Shown: positions 16,111 through 26,546 of the stretch, one piece after another | Position numbering within the stretch: the first letter of the stretch is position 1 | Layout: each line of letters opens with the position of its first letter | Assembly (NCBI GenBank): GCA_039698055.1 | Contig: JBDKTL010000029.1 | Span: 1 to 41,153 of the forward strand | Direction of reading: 5' to 3' | Length of the DNA stretch: 41,153 nucleotides | Origin: Methanoregula sp. | Lineage (GTDB): Archaea > Halobacteriota > Methanomicrobia > Methanomicrobiales > Methanospirillaceae | The notes under the pieces: model-generated | What the model saw: the letters and a program-made list of their open reading frames with translations, nothing else | Databases searched by the model: none | What the model was told of the DNA's origin: nothing | Translations under genes and position numbers: made by a program

Positions 16111-16813
16111 CAGAATAGTATCGTGAAGATACGCAGAATAAGATTCCGAAATTTTTTTAGAAGATACAGAGAACTCAATTGTTGTTATGAATACTCGGTT
16201 ATATCTCAATAACACCGTAAAATCCGCAAAACACTCCTCAAACAATCCATCTCCCCCCCACACCGTACGTAACATCCACCCCCGTCGTAAAACCACCCTC
16301 AATACAACCCCCGTTTCCCAATCCAGCCCCGCACCATTTTTATTCACCATCAGCGTAAAAGCCCCTTATCCGCATTCCACGGGCACATCACAACCCCTCC
16401 GCACCAACTTTATGTCCCCCGGCCCTGATCGAGAAATTTCACCCAGCTTTTGGGGCACTATAAAATCGTCCGTTTGCCAAAATAACAAAAATTTGAAGAC
16501 TTTTGGAATTGAAGACCATATCAGGCTCCTTTTGGCAGTGTCGGACACCAATCAAAGCCCGTATCGGACCCGGATGGGGGGTGAGTCACGGGAGGAGATC
16601 TTAAAAGAAAACTGACAGGCCGGGGAATGGAGGCTATCCACACCGGGAAGCATAAATACAAAAACCGGAGTAAAACCACCAGATGATTTCTGTTACCGGC
16701 ACATGGCCCGTTGCCCCGGATATTTTTCGCGGCAAAAGAGAGGGCAGCAGCCAAAAAAACAGCAAACATACAAAAAAGAAAAATGAATAATAAAAAAAAT
16801 GAACCGAGTTGAC

Positions 16814-17185
16814 TCAGCCGGATTTCTCCATGCTTTTTACGGCAAACAGGATACCAAGGCCGATCAGGATTATGCCCACACCATAGGTCCAGAAATTTAC
16901 CGGAGCCCAGATGATGCCGACACCAATGATGATCATAAATAACCCAATGACCATCGACATCCACCGGCGGTTCAAGGAAGACCGGTGAACTCCTGTGTCC
17001 GGTACCGGGCTTTCGGCGGGTTTGACAAATCCCGAGCCAATGAAACCAAGGCCAAGACCGATAAGTATCCCGGAGAGCGGGTAGCCGGCAATCATTCCTG
17101 CACCAAGTCCTATAAGGGCACCAGCCGGGATTAAAAAATGCCTGCCATGTCGCCGCCGGTGACTCTGCTCATCAATCAATGTCAT
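16814..17185 (-). CDS. Small Gly-rich membrane protein (about 4 TM)
   Basis: Hydrophobic GxxxG-rich segments. Confidence 0.7.
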   Translation of the reverse strand: MTLIDEQSHRRRHGRHFLIPAGALIGLGAGMIAGYPLSGILIGLGLGFIGSGFVKPAESPVPDTGVHRSSLNRRWMSMVIGLFMIIIGVGIIWAPVNFWTYGVGIILIGLGILFAVKSMEKSG

Positions 17186-17412
17186 ACACAGCTATTCTGT
17201 ATCCCGCCGTAAGAAGATTTGGGTTGAACCGTTCGCCCTCACACCCCAAAAAGATCCCTCGTGGCCCGGTACCCGCCAGCGGTTCCGGGTACGTCGCATT
17301 TTTGGCGGCCAGCGGTTTGGCGGTACGGGATTTTCACAGGTTCCCCTGCACGAAAAAGACAGGATATAACTTGGGCATACATTTATGTAATCGCCAGATG
17401 GAGTATCTCGTT

Positions 17413-17655
17413 ATGAAGTCTACCGTAGAAAAAGTGGAAGATACTCCGGGAAACGTGGAGATCTGCAAAAAGTATTGTGGATCCTGCCCGACCTACAAAG
17501 CCAATCATCTCAATGACTATCCCCCGCAGTTCCTCTTTTGTGCCCGGGGAAAAACCTCGATTGCAGAAGATGCAAAACCTGCCAGCTGCTATTGTCCTGC
17601 ATGTGAATTATTTACCAAAGAACACCTGATTATCGGGCATTTCTGCATGAAATAA
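17413..17655 (+). CDS. Small Cys-rich protein (DUF2769-like)
   Basis: C-x3-C-x2-CPTY, LFCARGKT, CYCPAC, C-terminal FC; GGAG RBS before ATG 17413. Confidence 0.75.
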   Translation: MKSTVEKVEDTPGNVEICKKYCGSCPTYKANHLNDYPPQFLFCARGKTSIAEDAKPASCYCPACELFTKEHLIIGHFCMK

Positions 17656-17684
17656 GAGCGCAGTAAAAAAAATCGCCCCCCTCT

Positions 17685-18992
17685 TCATCCTTCCCGGACA
17701 ATATCCTGGATATATGCAACGCCGATTTTTGCTTTCCGGATCCGTGTGCTGTCAAGCAGGTGGCGCATATCCACAAACGTGCCATCCGTAACGATCTTCT
17801 GCACCTGCGTATTGAGATCGAGTGACGCATCGTACGGGACACCACGGAACACGACACCATGGTTGTGCAGGTACATCTGCCGGGACGCTCCCTTGTTTGC
17901 CGGGTTGGAATAATACAGGGAGCCAAGATTTTCTGCATTGAACCCGGACAGGTCATGCGTCAGGTCGATGCCGATGCCAAAACTTACCAGCGTATCGCCT
18001 TTGTACGCCATGTTCATGTCAGATGCCATCCATGTTCCCTGGTGTGCGGCATCCATGATCGATGCACCGGGCGGAAGATTGCTGGAGGCAACCGGCGATT
18101 TTTTGATACCGGAACTTGCCATGCCATCAAGAACCCCCCAGATGGTGATCGCGATAACGCCTTTGAAACTTTTTACCCGCTGCTGTGCACTGGAAAAGAT
18201 CATCCGGTAGATATCGGAGATGCTGACGCCCTTGTTGTCGGCGGTATCAAGGGTGAGGTATTCATTGAACGGACCGTCCAGCGTTACGTTGAACCCGGTG
18301 TAGATCGGGATTTCCCCTTTGGCATTTACCGGTGTGAAAAAATCCGGCGTATTGTTGCCATCGGTCGGGAGCCAGACCATGGAACCGTACAGGGTAATCA
18401 TCTCGCCAAGGACCGGCATCGCTTCTTTCACACCGGAGCCAAGCGCCCCAAGGCCAAGCGAGTACGAGATATCGGCAAATGGCAGTGCGGCGATGTCCGA
18501 CTCGGTCAGCTGTGCGTGCAGGAGCTTGTTTAAGTTCCCCGTGACCCGGAGCGATGGCGGGCTTGTCATCCAGCCGGGCTCGATGGTCAGGCTGACCCCG
18601 GCCTCTTCGATCTTTTTATAGAAGATTTCATTGAACAGCGTGGGGTTCTTGCGTTTTTTTGCAAGGTCTGCGACCGCATCGTCAGCGGTCGGGTACATAT
18701 CGTACAAGGAGGAAAACCCGGCCATGTCAAGGACTTTTTTTAAGTACTCCCCCACCCCGGCAAGGGCAAACCGTCCGTTCCGGCGCTTCATCTCCTTTTT
18801 TAACACGATAAAGGTGCGGAGCCCGCCGCTGGAGAGGTACGTGGAGCCCGAAAGGTCGAGCACCAGTTCCTTGTCATCGTCATGCAGGGTCTCCTTTGTC
18901 CAGTCATCGAGTTGCCGGGCGCCAAATGCATCCAGCCGGCCATTGATAAAAAATATCAGGACGCCGTCTTTGCGTTCGCTTCGTGCTTCCAT
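17685..18992 (-). CDS. STAS domain fused to a ~320-aa uncharacterised domain
   Basis: N-terminal INGRLDA, LDLSGSTYLSSGGLRTF, VLDMAGF; remainder unassigned. Confidence 0.85.
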   Translation of the reverse strand: MEARSERKDGVLIFFINGRLDAFGARQLDDWTKETLHDDDKELVLDLSGSTYLSSGGLRTFIVLKKEMKRRNGRFALAGVGEYLKKVLDMAGFSSLYDMYPTADDAVADLAKKRKNPTLFNEIFYKKIEEAGVSLTIEPGWMTSPPSLRVTGNLNKLLHAQLTESDIAALPFADISYSLGLGALGSGVKEAMPVLGEMITLYGSMVWLPTDGNNTPDFFTPVNAKGEIPIYTGFNVTLDGPFNEYLTLDTADNKGVSISDIYRMIFSSAQQRVKSFKGVIAITIWGVLDGMASSGIKKSPVASSNLPPGASIMDAAHQGTWMASDMNMAYKGDTLVSFGIGIDLTHDLSGFNAENLGSLYYSNPANKGASRQMYLHNHGVVFRGVPYDASLDLNTQVQKIVTDGTFVDMRHLLDSTRIRKAKIGVAYIQDIVREG

Positions 18993-19131
18993 AAAAAATG
19001 CTCCCTTGATTTACTATTGCCTGCCGTCTTTTTTTAATGTTGGGTTAAAAAACACCGGCCGCAACAGATTTTTTTTCTTTGTAAAGACCGGTAACCTGAT
19101 GTGCACCGGACAACAGAATAATCCGGCACAC

Positions 19132-19815
19132 ATGCAGAAAGGAAATGATCGAAACGGTATCAGCGCCATTTTATTCGACATGGACAACACGCTGTTTGAC
19201 CTTGTCGGCGCACAGATTGCGGCATGCGATCATGTGGTGCGGTACCTTGGGAATCATGACGGGGAGGAACTGTTCTCCTATTTCCTGAACACCGATCACG
19301 GGTTTGAATCCCCGGAAAATATCCGGCAGTACATGACCGAGCGCCGGATATCCACGGACGGTATGTTTGATGAAGCGTGCCGGATTTACCATGCCGAAAA
19401 ACTCCGGCATATCGTTCCCTATACCGGCGTCAGCGATACCCTGCGCACTATTGCCGGGCAGGGATACCCGATGGGTATTGTCACCGACGCTGAGAAAAAG
19501 GATGCGGTTCCCCGCCTTGCCAAATGCGACATCCTGCCCTATTTTGACTGCATGGTCACGTTTGACATGGTCAACAAAAAAAAGCCGGCTGCCGAACCGT
19601 TCCTTGCCGCGCTCGCCGCAATGAACCTCCGCCCGGACCAGGTACTGTTTGTCGGCGACAGCCCGCGGCGTGACATCGAACCCTGCCGGAAACTGGGGAT
19701 TACAACCGTGTATGCCCGGTACGGGGACCGGTTCCTCGAAACCCGTGGATGTATCGGGGCCGATTACTGCATTGACACGATGGACGAGCTGCCGGGGATT
19801 CTTGAACGGCTCTAA
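19132..19815 (+). CDS. HAD-superfamily hydrolase
   Basis: LFDMDNTL (motif I), GIVTDA, KKP, FVGDSPRRDI. Confidence 0.9.
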   Translation: MQKGNDRNGISAILFDMDNTLFDLVGAQIAACDHVVRYLGNHDGEELFSYFLNTDHGFESPENIRQYMTERRISTDGMFDEACRIYHAEKLRHIVPYTGVSDTLRTIAGQGYPMGIVTDAEKKDAVPRLAKCDILPYFDCMVTFDMVNKKKPAAEPFLAALAAMNLRPDQVLFVGDSPRRDIEPCRKLGITTVYARYGDRFLETRGCIGADYCIDTMDELPGILERL

Positions 19816-19950
19816 ACGTTGAGCGGTAAATTTTTTTTTTTAATGATACAAAACCTGTTGCGCGATACGTACCAGTCCCTCCAAAATGCGGATTTTTTCA
19901 CAACCTGCACATACATCGCGGCATAACTTAAAAAAGGGTGAGATAAAAAT

Positions 19951-20499
19951 ATGGCTATGTACGTTCCATCGGGGATCTTTTTCACCAAGGGTGTGGGTGT
20001 CCATAAAGATCGCCTTGCATCTTTTGAACTTGCCTTACGAAAAGCGGGTGTGGAAAAGTGCAACCTCGTCTATGTCTCGAGTATTTTTCCCCCGAACTGC
20101 AAACAGGTATCAAGGAGTACTGGCCTTAAAAGCCTCCAGCCGGGGGGAATTGTCTATTGCGTGATGGCACGCAACGATACCAGTGAGCCAAACCGGCTGG
20201 TTTCTGCCGCCATTGGTCTTGCCCAGCCAAAAGATACCGCAGAATACGGGTACCTTTCCGAGCATCACGCATTTGGCGAAACGCAGGACAAGACCGGGGA
20301 ATATGCCGAAGACCTGGCGGCGACCATGCTTGCGACCACACTTGGCATCGAATTCGATGCAAATCTCGCATGGCAGGAGCGCGAACAGATCTACAAGGCA
20401 AGCAGGAAGATTATTAGGACACAACATGTCTGCCAGTCCGCACAGGGGAACAAATGCGGGCTCTGGACGACGGTTATTGCAGTTGCCGTCTTTTTATAA
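19951..20499 (+). CDS. pdaD: Pyruvoyl-dependent arginine decarboxylase
   Basis: [10 protein letters not shown]...[11 protein letters not shown] (Ser-Ser cleavage site), [16 protein letters not shown]. Confidence 0.92.
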   Translation: MAMYVPSGIFFTKGVGVHKDRLASFELALRKAGVEKCNLVYVSSIFPPNCKQVSRSTGLKSLQPGGIVYCVMARNDTSEPNRLVSAAIGLAQPKDTAEYGYLSEHHAFGETQDKTGEYAEDLAATMLATTLGIEFDANLAWQEREQIYKASRKIIRTQHVCQSAQGNKCGLWTTVIAVAVFL

Positions 20500-20504
20500 T
20501 ATTT

Positions 20505-21272
20505 TTATTTCGCTTTTTTCGCATCTGCCATTGCGCGGATTTTGTCGGCAAGTGCCTGCACGGCAATGCGTGCCGGGCTGCCCGGTGGGATCTGCGATAC
20601 CGGTGTTGCTGCAAGATCGGCCTGCTCCACCGCCGGATCGTCAGGAATAACCGCGATAGGTTTCTCGTTCCCGATATCGACAGGCGCCGTGCCGGTTTTA
20701 TACCGGTTGAACACCACAAAAATCCGGTCTTTGTCAAGCCCGAGGCTGGTGGCGATGTCCCGGATGCGGGCAACTGTCCGCAGTCCCCGGGCACCGGGAT
20801 CGCTGACGATGAGAAGGATATCCGGGGTCCCGATGGTGCCCCGGCTGATATGCTCCATACCCGCTTCCGTATCGATCACCATGAACCGGTATTCCCGTTC
20901 GAGCTGTGCCATGCATTCCGAGAGCAGGTCATTGGCAAAACAGTAGCACCCGGTCCCTTCGGGGCGTCCCATCGCAACAAGGTCAAACCCCTTTGCCTCG
21001 ACAAGCGCTTTGCGGAAACGGTACCGGACATAGTCGTGCCGGTTCATGCCGGGAGGGATGGTGCGGGTGAATGCCTCCTCCCGCATGCTGCCCAGCGTTT
21101 CATGGACTTCGACACCAAGTGCCTCGTGGAGGTTTGCATTGGGATCGGCATCAACGGCAAGGACCGGTGTATCGCCGGCATCGATAAAGGCGCGGATCAA
21201 CAGCGAACTTATCGTGGTTTTCCCGGTCCCGCCTTTTCCGGATAACGCAATCGTAAACGTGTGGGCTGGCAT
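20505..21272 (-). CDS. cooC: CooC/AcsF Ni-insertion ATPase (ACS operon)
   Basis: SGKGGTGKTT, DADPN, GTGCYC (CxC), DTEAGMEH. Confidence 0.92.
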   Translation of the reverse strand: MPAHTFTIALSGKGGTGKTTISSLLIRAFIDAGDTPVLAVDADPNANLHEALGVEVHETLGSMREEAFTRTIPPGMNRHDYVRYRFRKALVEAKGFDLVAMGRPEGTGCYCFANDLLSECMAQLEREYRFMVIDTEAGMEHISRGTIGTPDILLIVSDPGARGLRTVARIRDIATSLGLDKDRIFVVFNRYKTGTAPVDIGNEKPIAVIPDDPAVEQADLAATPVSQIPPGSPARIAVQALADKIRAMADAKKAK

Positions 21273-21285
21273 AAAAACCGTCTCC

Positions 21286-22335
21286 TTACCGGCCAGGCGG
21301 GCAGACGGTTTTTGCCCGGATCCGGTCCGATATCTCTTTTGCCGCACCCATAATCTCCCGTGCCCCGGCCCGGTTGGCAAACCGTATGCCGCAGCTGGGC
21401 GTAATCATGGACTGGGCATCAAATAATTTTTCCGGAACGGTGGTGCAGAGCTGGGTCCGGATCGCAAGATAGCGGCTGTACAGCGAATCCACGGTCTCCG
21501 CAGAGAATATCTTGTATTCCGCCGGGACGATGCCCCACGCAACCACCCCGCCGCGCTCCATGTAGGCGGCGATCTGGTCGGTATAGAGCAAAAACTCCCT
21601 GCCGGTCCCGTACGCATCCACCGAAATGACCGACGGGTTGAGGCTGATGATAAATCCCCAGTCGGTGTTCGAACAGCAGTGGACGCCAAGTCCCCCTTCG
21701 ACAAGAGAGGCGATATCGTTCCACCCCGACTCCACGGACTCGCGGTCGACCGGCACCACCGATGAGCCAAGCGACGCAAGGTAAGGTTCGTTTAAGACCA
21801 CCAGCGTCTCTTTGGCCATCGTCCGTTTCTTCATCTCCACTTCGCACCACCGGGCTTTGAGTGCGATCATCTTGGAGAGCACATCGGCCATCTGGGAATC
21901 ATAGTAGATCGGGCGTTTGGCCGAATCGACGACCTGCATGCCAAACGTCACCGGGCCGGTCACCTGGCATTTCAGCACCCGCACACCGGGAAGGTGCCGT
22001 TTCATCATCTCGACAAAAGCCGAAGCATATTCGGTGTGGAGCGCATACGGGGCAAAATTTCCTTCCACATAGTCCATGTACACCTGTTCCATCGCGGCGG
22101 TATGGTCGGTTGCACTGTCAAAGAGCAGGCGATCCTCCCGGATGACCCTGCCCGGCAGCTGCTCGGAGTCGTTAAAGACGATACTTTCAAGCTGGCCCCG
22201 GTCGGGCAGCGTGGGGATATAGGGAAATTCCGGGAATAATTCGAGCACGTCGTTGCAGGCTTCTGCCGGATCGGTGTTTGGCAGTGCCCCGACTCCTGTT
22301 GCAAGCGATTCTGGCGGAGCAATCATTTTTGCCAT
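21286..22335 (-). CDS. Folate-independent 'core' methionine synthase (MesB-like)
   Basis: Single MetE catalytic barrel: TGVGALP, KCQVTGPVTFG, NEPYL, GVHCC, WGIVP, ITPSCG (Zn ligands). Confidence 0.8.
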   Translation of the reverse strand: MAKMIAPPESLATGVGALPNTDPAEACNDVLELFPEFPYIPTLPDRGQLESIVFNDSEQLPGRVIREDRLLFDSATDHTAAMEQVYMDYVEGNFAPYALHTEYASAFVEMMKRHLPGVRVLKCQVTGPVTFGMQVVDSAKRPIYYDSQMADVLSKMIALKARWCEVEMKKRTMAKETLVVLNEPYLASLGSSVVPVDRESVESGWNDIASLVEGGLGVHCCSNTDWGFIISLNPSVISVDAYGTGREFLLYTDQIAAYMERGGVVAWGIVPAEYKIFSAETVDSLYSRYLAIRTQLCTTVPEKLFDAQSMITPSCGIRFANRAGAREIMGAAKEISDRIRAKTVCPPGR

Positions 22336-22340
22336 GGCAC

Positions 22341-24245
22341 TTATCCCTCCTTTTTGAGTTTGCAGGATTCAAGGAGTGCCTGCACCATGGGGAACAGCGA
22401 GAGATCGGTATGCGGGAGGAATGTGCTTGACGTATAATCGTCCATGAACGACGGTTCGGCATTGAGTTCGATATAGCCGATCTTGCCGGCGATTGCATCG
22501 AGCGTCTTTCGTTCGCGGCGGTTGATCAGCGCGAGGTTTGCACCGGTCACCGCACCGTTGCCGATATTTTTTATCCGGTCAAGGTCAACCTCGGGGATGA
22601 GACCGATGATGGTCGCATTTTTCTTGTTGATGTAGTTCCCAAATGCCCCGGCAACGTAGATTGTCGCAATATCGTGGCGGGTCACCCCGGCTTCCTTCAT
22701 CAGGGTAACGCAGGCGGCATGGATGGAGGCCTTGCTCATGATCAGGTTCTTGATATCGTTCTCGGTGATCACGATATCTTTTGAGATATCGGTCTCTGCT
22801 GCCCATGCAATCACAAATTCCGGGAAATGCTGGCCTTTACGGATACGGGGATTATTGATGCTCGTGTTGATCCTGCCCGTCCGGTCAATGACGCAGGCAG
22901 AGATGAGCTCGGCAAGGATATCGATAAGCCCTGAACCGGTGATGCCTTTTGGCCTGATGTTGTTGATCGTGCTGTAGGCCGGATCGAGCGTAACCGGATC
23001 GATGGTGATCCGCTCGATTGCGCCGGGATTTGCCCGCATGCCAAAGAGTACTTCCCCACCTTCAAGAGCCGGCCCGGCAGCACCCGCACAGGAAAACATC
23101 CACTCGTTGTTCCCCAGCACCACTTCAAAGTTCGTGCCGATGTCGATCATCAGCGAGATCTCTTCGTGCTCGTCCATGCCGCAGGCAAGGATGTCGGCAA
23201 TAATGTCGCCGCCGATAAAGTCGCTGACCGCCGGGAACGCAAAGAGCCCGCAGTTATGGTTGCCGGACAGGCCGATCCTGCCGGCGGCAACCGAGAGCGC
23301 CCGCTGGACGACCGGGACATAGGGTTCGGCGATGATATAGGCGGGATCGATCCCAAGGAGCATATGGGTCATGACGGTATTGCCCGCAACGACCACTTCG
23401 TAGATATCCTCCCGGTCAATCCCCGCGGAGTTTGCCGCAGAAGTCAGCGCAGAGTTGATGCTGTCTGCGGCCAGCGCCTGCAACTTGGAGAGCCCGTTTT
23501 TCCGGGCAAAGTTTACCCGGGCAAGGATGTCCTCGCCGCAGCTGATCTGCTTGTTGTAGTTTGAGGCCACCGCCATGACTTTGCCGGTGACAAGGTCCCA
23601 GAGATAGACGACAACCGTGGTCGAACCGAGATCGACAGCAGCGCCATAGATCCTCTTTGAGGTATCATTTTCCTGGAGGTCGATGAGACGGTACCCGCCC
23701 GGGACAAGCGCGATAGTGCCGGTGACCTTCCAGTCACTGTGCCGCAGGAGGGCAGGGATCTCGCGCATCACTTCAAGCGGGACATAGATCTTGTCGACCA
23801 CCGGGCCCCCGGCCTTCTGGATGCCCCAGAGCAGGCGGTTGAGATCCGGTGACGGATCTGTCAGGGATGGCGGCTGGAGTTCGACATAATATTTTTTTAC
23901 TGACGGGCGGAATTCAATCTCTGAATCCCTGCCCTCAATGAGGATCTTCTGTTCCTGGATAAGCGTGCTCTCGGGGATTACCACCAGGAGGTCTCCCTGT
24001 ATGATAGTCTCGCAGGCAAGACAGGCGCCTTTTGCAAGTTCCTCGCTGGTGAAAAACTGCGTGTATTTCTGCCGGTCAAATTCTGTTTTCCCGGACTGGA
24101 CATAGACAATGCATTTCCCGCATTTACCCTGCCCGCCGCAGACGACATTGATATTAATCCCGGCCCGCTGGGCGGCGTCAAGGATTGTGCTGCCGCGTGC
24201 TATTTCGATCTTATGATAACCGGGGAGGAAAGTTACGGTGCGCAT
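22341..24245 (-). CDS. acsV: Reductive activator of CFeSP (RACo/AcsV; 2Fe-2S + ASKHA ATPase)
   Basis: CGGQGKCGKC...LAC ferredoxin; DLGSTT, DIGTNFE, AGPALEG, AGAFG. Confidence 0.9.
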   Translation of the reverse strand: MRTVTFLPGYHKIEIARGSTILDAAQRAGININVVCGGQGKCGKCIVYVQSGKTEFDRQKYTQFFTSEELAKGACLACETIIQGDLLVVIPESTLIQEQKILIEGRDSEIEFRPSVKKYYVELQPPSLTDPSPDLNRLLWGIQKAGGPVVDKIYVPLEVMREIPALLRHSDWKVTGTIALVPGGYRLIDLQENDTSKRIYGAAVDLGSTTVVVYLWDLVTGKVMAVASNYNKQISCGEDILARVNFARKNGLSKLQALAADSINSALTSAANSAGIDREDIYEVVVAGNTVMTHMLLGIDPAYIIAEPYVPVVQRALSVAAGRIGLSGNHNCGLFAFPAVSDFIGGDIIADILACGMDEHEEISLMIDIGTNFEVVLGNNEWMFSCAGAAGPALEGGEVLFGMRANPGAIERITIDPVTLDPAYSTINNIRPKGITGSGLIDILAELISACVIDRTGRINTSINNPRIRKGQHFPEFVIAWAAETDISKDIVITENDIKNLIMSKASIHAACVTLMKEAGVTRHDIATIYVAGAFGNYINKKNATIIGLIPEVDLDRIKNIGNGAVTGANLALINRRERKTLDAIAGKIGYIELNAEPSFMDDYTSSTFLPHTDLSLFPMVQALLESCKLKKEG

Positions 24246-25580
24246 TTAATTCTTCCATTCATCATGCAGGTATTCTCCAATCTCAGCCGCATCCCGGGGG
24301 CCGACCAGCACTTTCCAGCCGGTCGCATCCTCGATTCGCCCGGAAAGCGGCGCCGCATACCCGGGGATAATCAGTTTCTTGTGGGACACTTCGTTTTCAA
24401 CGGCAAATTTTTTCAGGGAATCCCGCACCAAAAACTCGTTGAGTTTTCCTGCGGCAACTGCCGTGAGGACAGACAAGCCCTCGGTGTCGACAATCAAAAG
24501 GAAACAGGGGACCCGGGTGGACTCAAGATAGCCCTGCAGGGTAAAGAAGGTGAGCGAGAAGTTCACGGTCATCAGGACCGGTGCATCCTTACCCGGCGTC
24601 CCGACCCGGTACAGCCCGGGGTTCATCTGGATCGGTTTCTGGGGGTCAGTGTAGATATTCTGGCGGAGGGTGAGGGCTGCTTTTGCAGATTCGGCAGAGA
24701 GCGGAGCGGTAATGATGACAGAGGCGTACTTGACAATGCCAAGAGCGATAGCCGCATCCTGCATTCCTGTTCTGGTCGTATCGAAAAATACCGGGTAGCC
24801 AAGTTCCGGCACTTTGCGGGTGATGGCCAGCTGCCGGACCGTGGTTGACCGCACTAAAAAGTCCCCAAGAGTTTCTGGTAACAGGTCAAGGACGAGTTTC
24901 TGGGCCCCTTCGGCTGCACAGTCTTTTGCAAGCGCCGCAAGATCGTCAGGAGTGTTTGCCCGGATCACAAGAGGACACCCGTGTTTTTTGGAAAGCGCAC
25001 ACATTTCCTTATAATTTTCCCGGGTTGCCGCACAGAGCAGTGGCCGGTAGCTGCCGACCTGCACGAGCGCGGCAGCGAAGGCTTCAGGAGCCTGTGCCAT
25101 CAGCACCAGCGGAAGGTCTGCATTCTCTTCAACCACGGCAACCGCCTTTGAATATGTTTCGGCAGATCCGCTGGTATTTTCAATAGCGATGCCATTGAAC
25201 CGGAGATCGGTCCCGACCCGGGTGAAAAATTCATCCCGCACCCGGATTGTGGCTGCTGCAATTTCTTCCGGGTCTTGAGTATCCTGCACCTTGAAAATAA
25301 TACCCGGGGGATGATAGAAGGTCTTCTCGTGCCGGTATAAGACAAACTCTTCGCCAACGGCAAACGTCCGCTCGCCAACGCCAATTTTCACCAGACGGAT
25401 AGGGGGACGGGTGGTAGCGCCAAGCACCGATTTTGCATTCTCATCCAGGTACGGGCAGAGATCAACATCGGCTTTCCCGCCGGCAAGTTTCATCGCAAAG
25501 GTCAGGCAGGTTGGATCGCCGCACTCTTTACAGTTCTTTTTTGGCAGCAGTTTATAGATATCGAGCGCTTTGAGGGCCAT
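24246..25580 (-). CDS. acsC: Corrinoid Fe-S protein large subunit
   Basis: LPKKNCKECGDPTCLTFA...CP, LYRHEKTF, LRQNIYTDPQKP, NFSLT, SVLTA, VGPRDA. Confidence 0.95.
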   Translation of the reverse strand: MALKALDIYKLLPKKNCKECGDPTCLTFAMKLAGGKADVDLCPYLDENAKSVLGATTRPPIRLVKIGVGERTFAVGEEFVLYRHEKTFYHPPGIIFKVQDTQDPEEIAAATIRVRDEFFTRVGTDLRFNGIAIENTSGSAETYSKAVAVVEENADLPLVLMAQAPEAFAAALVQVGSYRPLLCAATRENYKEMCALSKKHGCPLVIRANTPDDLAALAKDCAAEGAQKLVLDLLPETLGDFLVRSTTVRQLAITRKVPELGYPVFFDTTRTGMQDAAIALGIVKYASVIITAPLSAESAKAALTLRQNIYTDPQKPIQMNPGLYRVGTPGKDAPVLMTVNFSLTFFTLQGYLESTRVPCFLLIVDTEGLSVLTAVAAGKLNEFLVRDSLKKFAVENEVSHKKLIIPGYAAPLSGRIEDATGWKVLVGPRDAAEIGEYLHDEWKN

Positions 25581-25581
25581 T

Positions 25582-26538
25582 TCACCTCACCTCCGGCGCA
25601 GAAGGGCGGGTTTTGAGATCGCGGAATGCCTGTTTCAGGAGTTCAACAGATCGCGGGTGTCGGACACAGATGATCTCTGCACCGGCTGCTGCTGCGGCAA
25701 TGCTGGTATAGACTTCCCACTGCACGGCAATGTCGTCCCGGGCTTTGCCTTCTGCATCCCGGACTTCTTTTATCGTGAGGGTGTCAGTCGGGGCGCAGAT
25801 CATCGGCATCGCGAGATCCGTATCTCCTTTCAGCGCAGAAAACCGGATCCGCTCCATTGCAGAGAACGAATATTCAAAACCGTACCCGAGAGCGCCCGTA
25901 TACGGATCGATGACGATATGGTCACGGGATACGCCAATCTCCCGCAGGAGGATATTCAGCTGTTTGGCAAGATTGATGTCGATAGGCGACTGCGCAATAA
26001 CGGAATGGTTGTAGGCAAGAGCCGCCGCAGCGATACTCCGGTACCGGCTGGCTTCGGCAGTCCCCAGCAACAACCGTTCGCCCTGTCCGGCTTCCCCGCA
26101 GCGCTGGAATACCTCGCTGTCAATCTTTGGCTCGTTGCTGCCTTCAATGATAAGCGGGAGCCCGGTAGCAGAAAGAACCGATTCAACGGTCTTACCCAGT
26201 TGAGGGATATCAGAAAAATCGCGTGCCTTGGTACTGGTCAGGTTCAGGCGGATCATATCCGCACCGTATGACGTCTCCGCTTTCGCTGCCCATGCAGCAG
26301 GGTCTGATGTAACATCCCCGCAAAAATCAAGAATGACCGGGTTCCAGTACTGGCGGTTATCGCAGAGCTCAAACGCGATCAACGGGGAAACTGCTGGTGA
26401 TCCGCCATCAATAAACGGCAGGGTAGTACCGCCACCGATATGGTACGAACATTTCCGGGTCCCGCCGTCTGCCTTTGTGGCACCGAGAATAACTTCTCCC
26501 ACTGCCGCTGTCCAGTCAAATGTTGCCTCCAGTCCCAT
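25582..26538 (-). CDS. acsD: Corrinoid Fe-S protein small subunit
   Basis: IGGGTTLPF, QSPIDINLAKQLN, DPYTGALGYGFEYS..MERIR. Confidence 0.93.
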   Translation of the reverse strand: MGLEATFDWTAAVGEVILGATKADGGTRKCSYHIGGGTTLPFIDGGSPAVSPLIAFELCDNRQYWNPVILDFCGDVTSDPAAWAAKAETSYGADMIRLNLTSTKARDFSDIPQLGKTVESVLSATGLPLIIEGSNEPKIDSEVFQRCGEAGQGERLLLGTAEASRYRSIAAAALAYNHSVIAQSPIDINLAKQLNILLREIGVSRDHIVIDPYTGALGYGFEYSFSAMERIRFSALKGDTDLAMPMICAPTDTLTIKEVRDAEGKARDDIAVQWEVYTSIAAAAAGAEIICVRHPRSVELLKQAFRDLKTRPSAPEVR

Positions 26539-26546
26539 GCAGCACC

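Noticed and set aside
16111-16350. N-terminal extensions in the ORF track (hsdM to 16350; also 18631-19131, 17179-17412, 28600-28749, 29952-30113)
   Set aside because: Non-protein-like sequence overlapping promoters or opposite-strand genes; family motifs and RBS indicate later starts.
5452-16461. TGGGGCAC(AC)TAT at 5452 and 16451 as att/target duplication of the island
   Set aside because: Only 8 bp exact plus an indel; expected by chance; no integrase or tRNA nearby.
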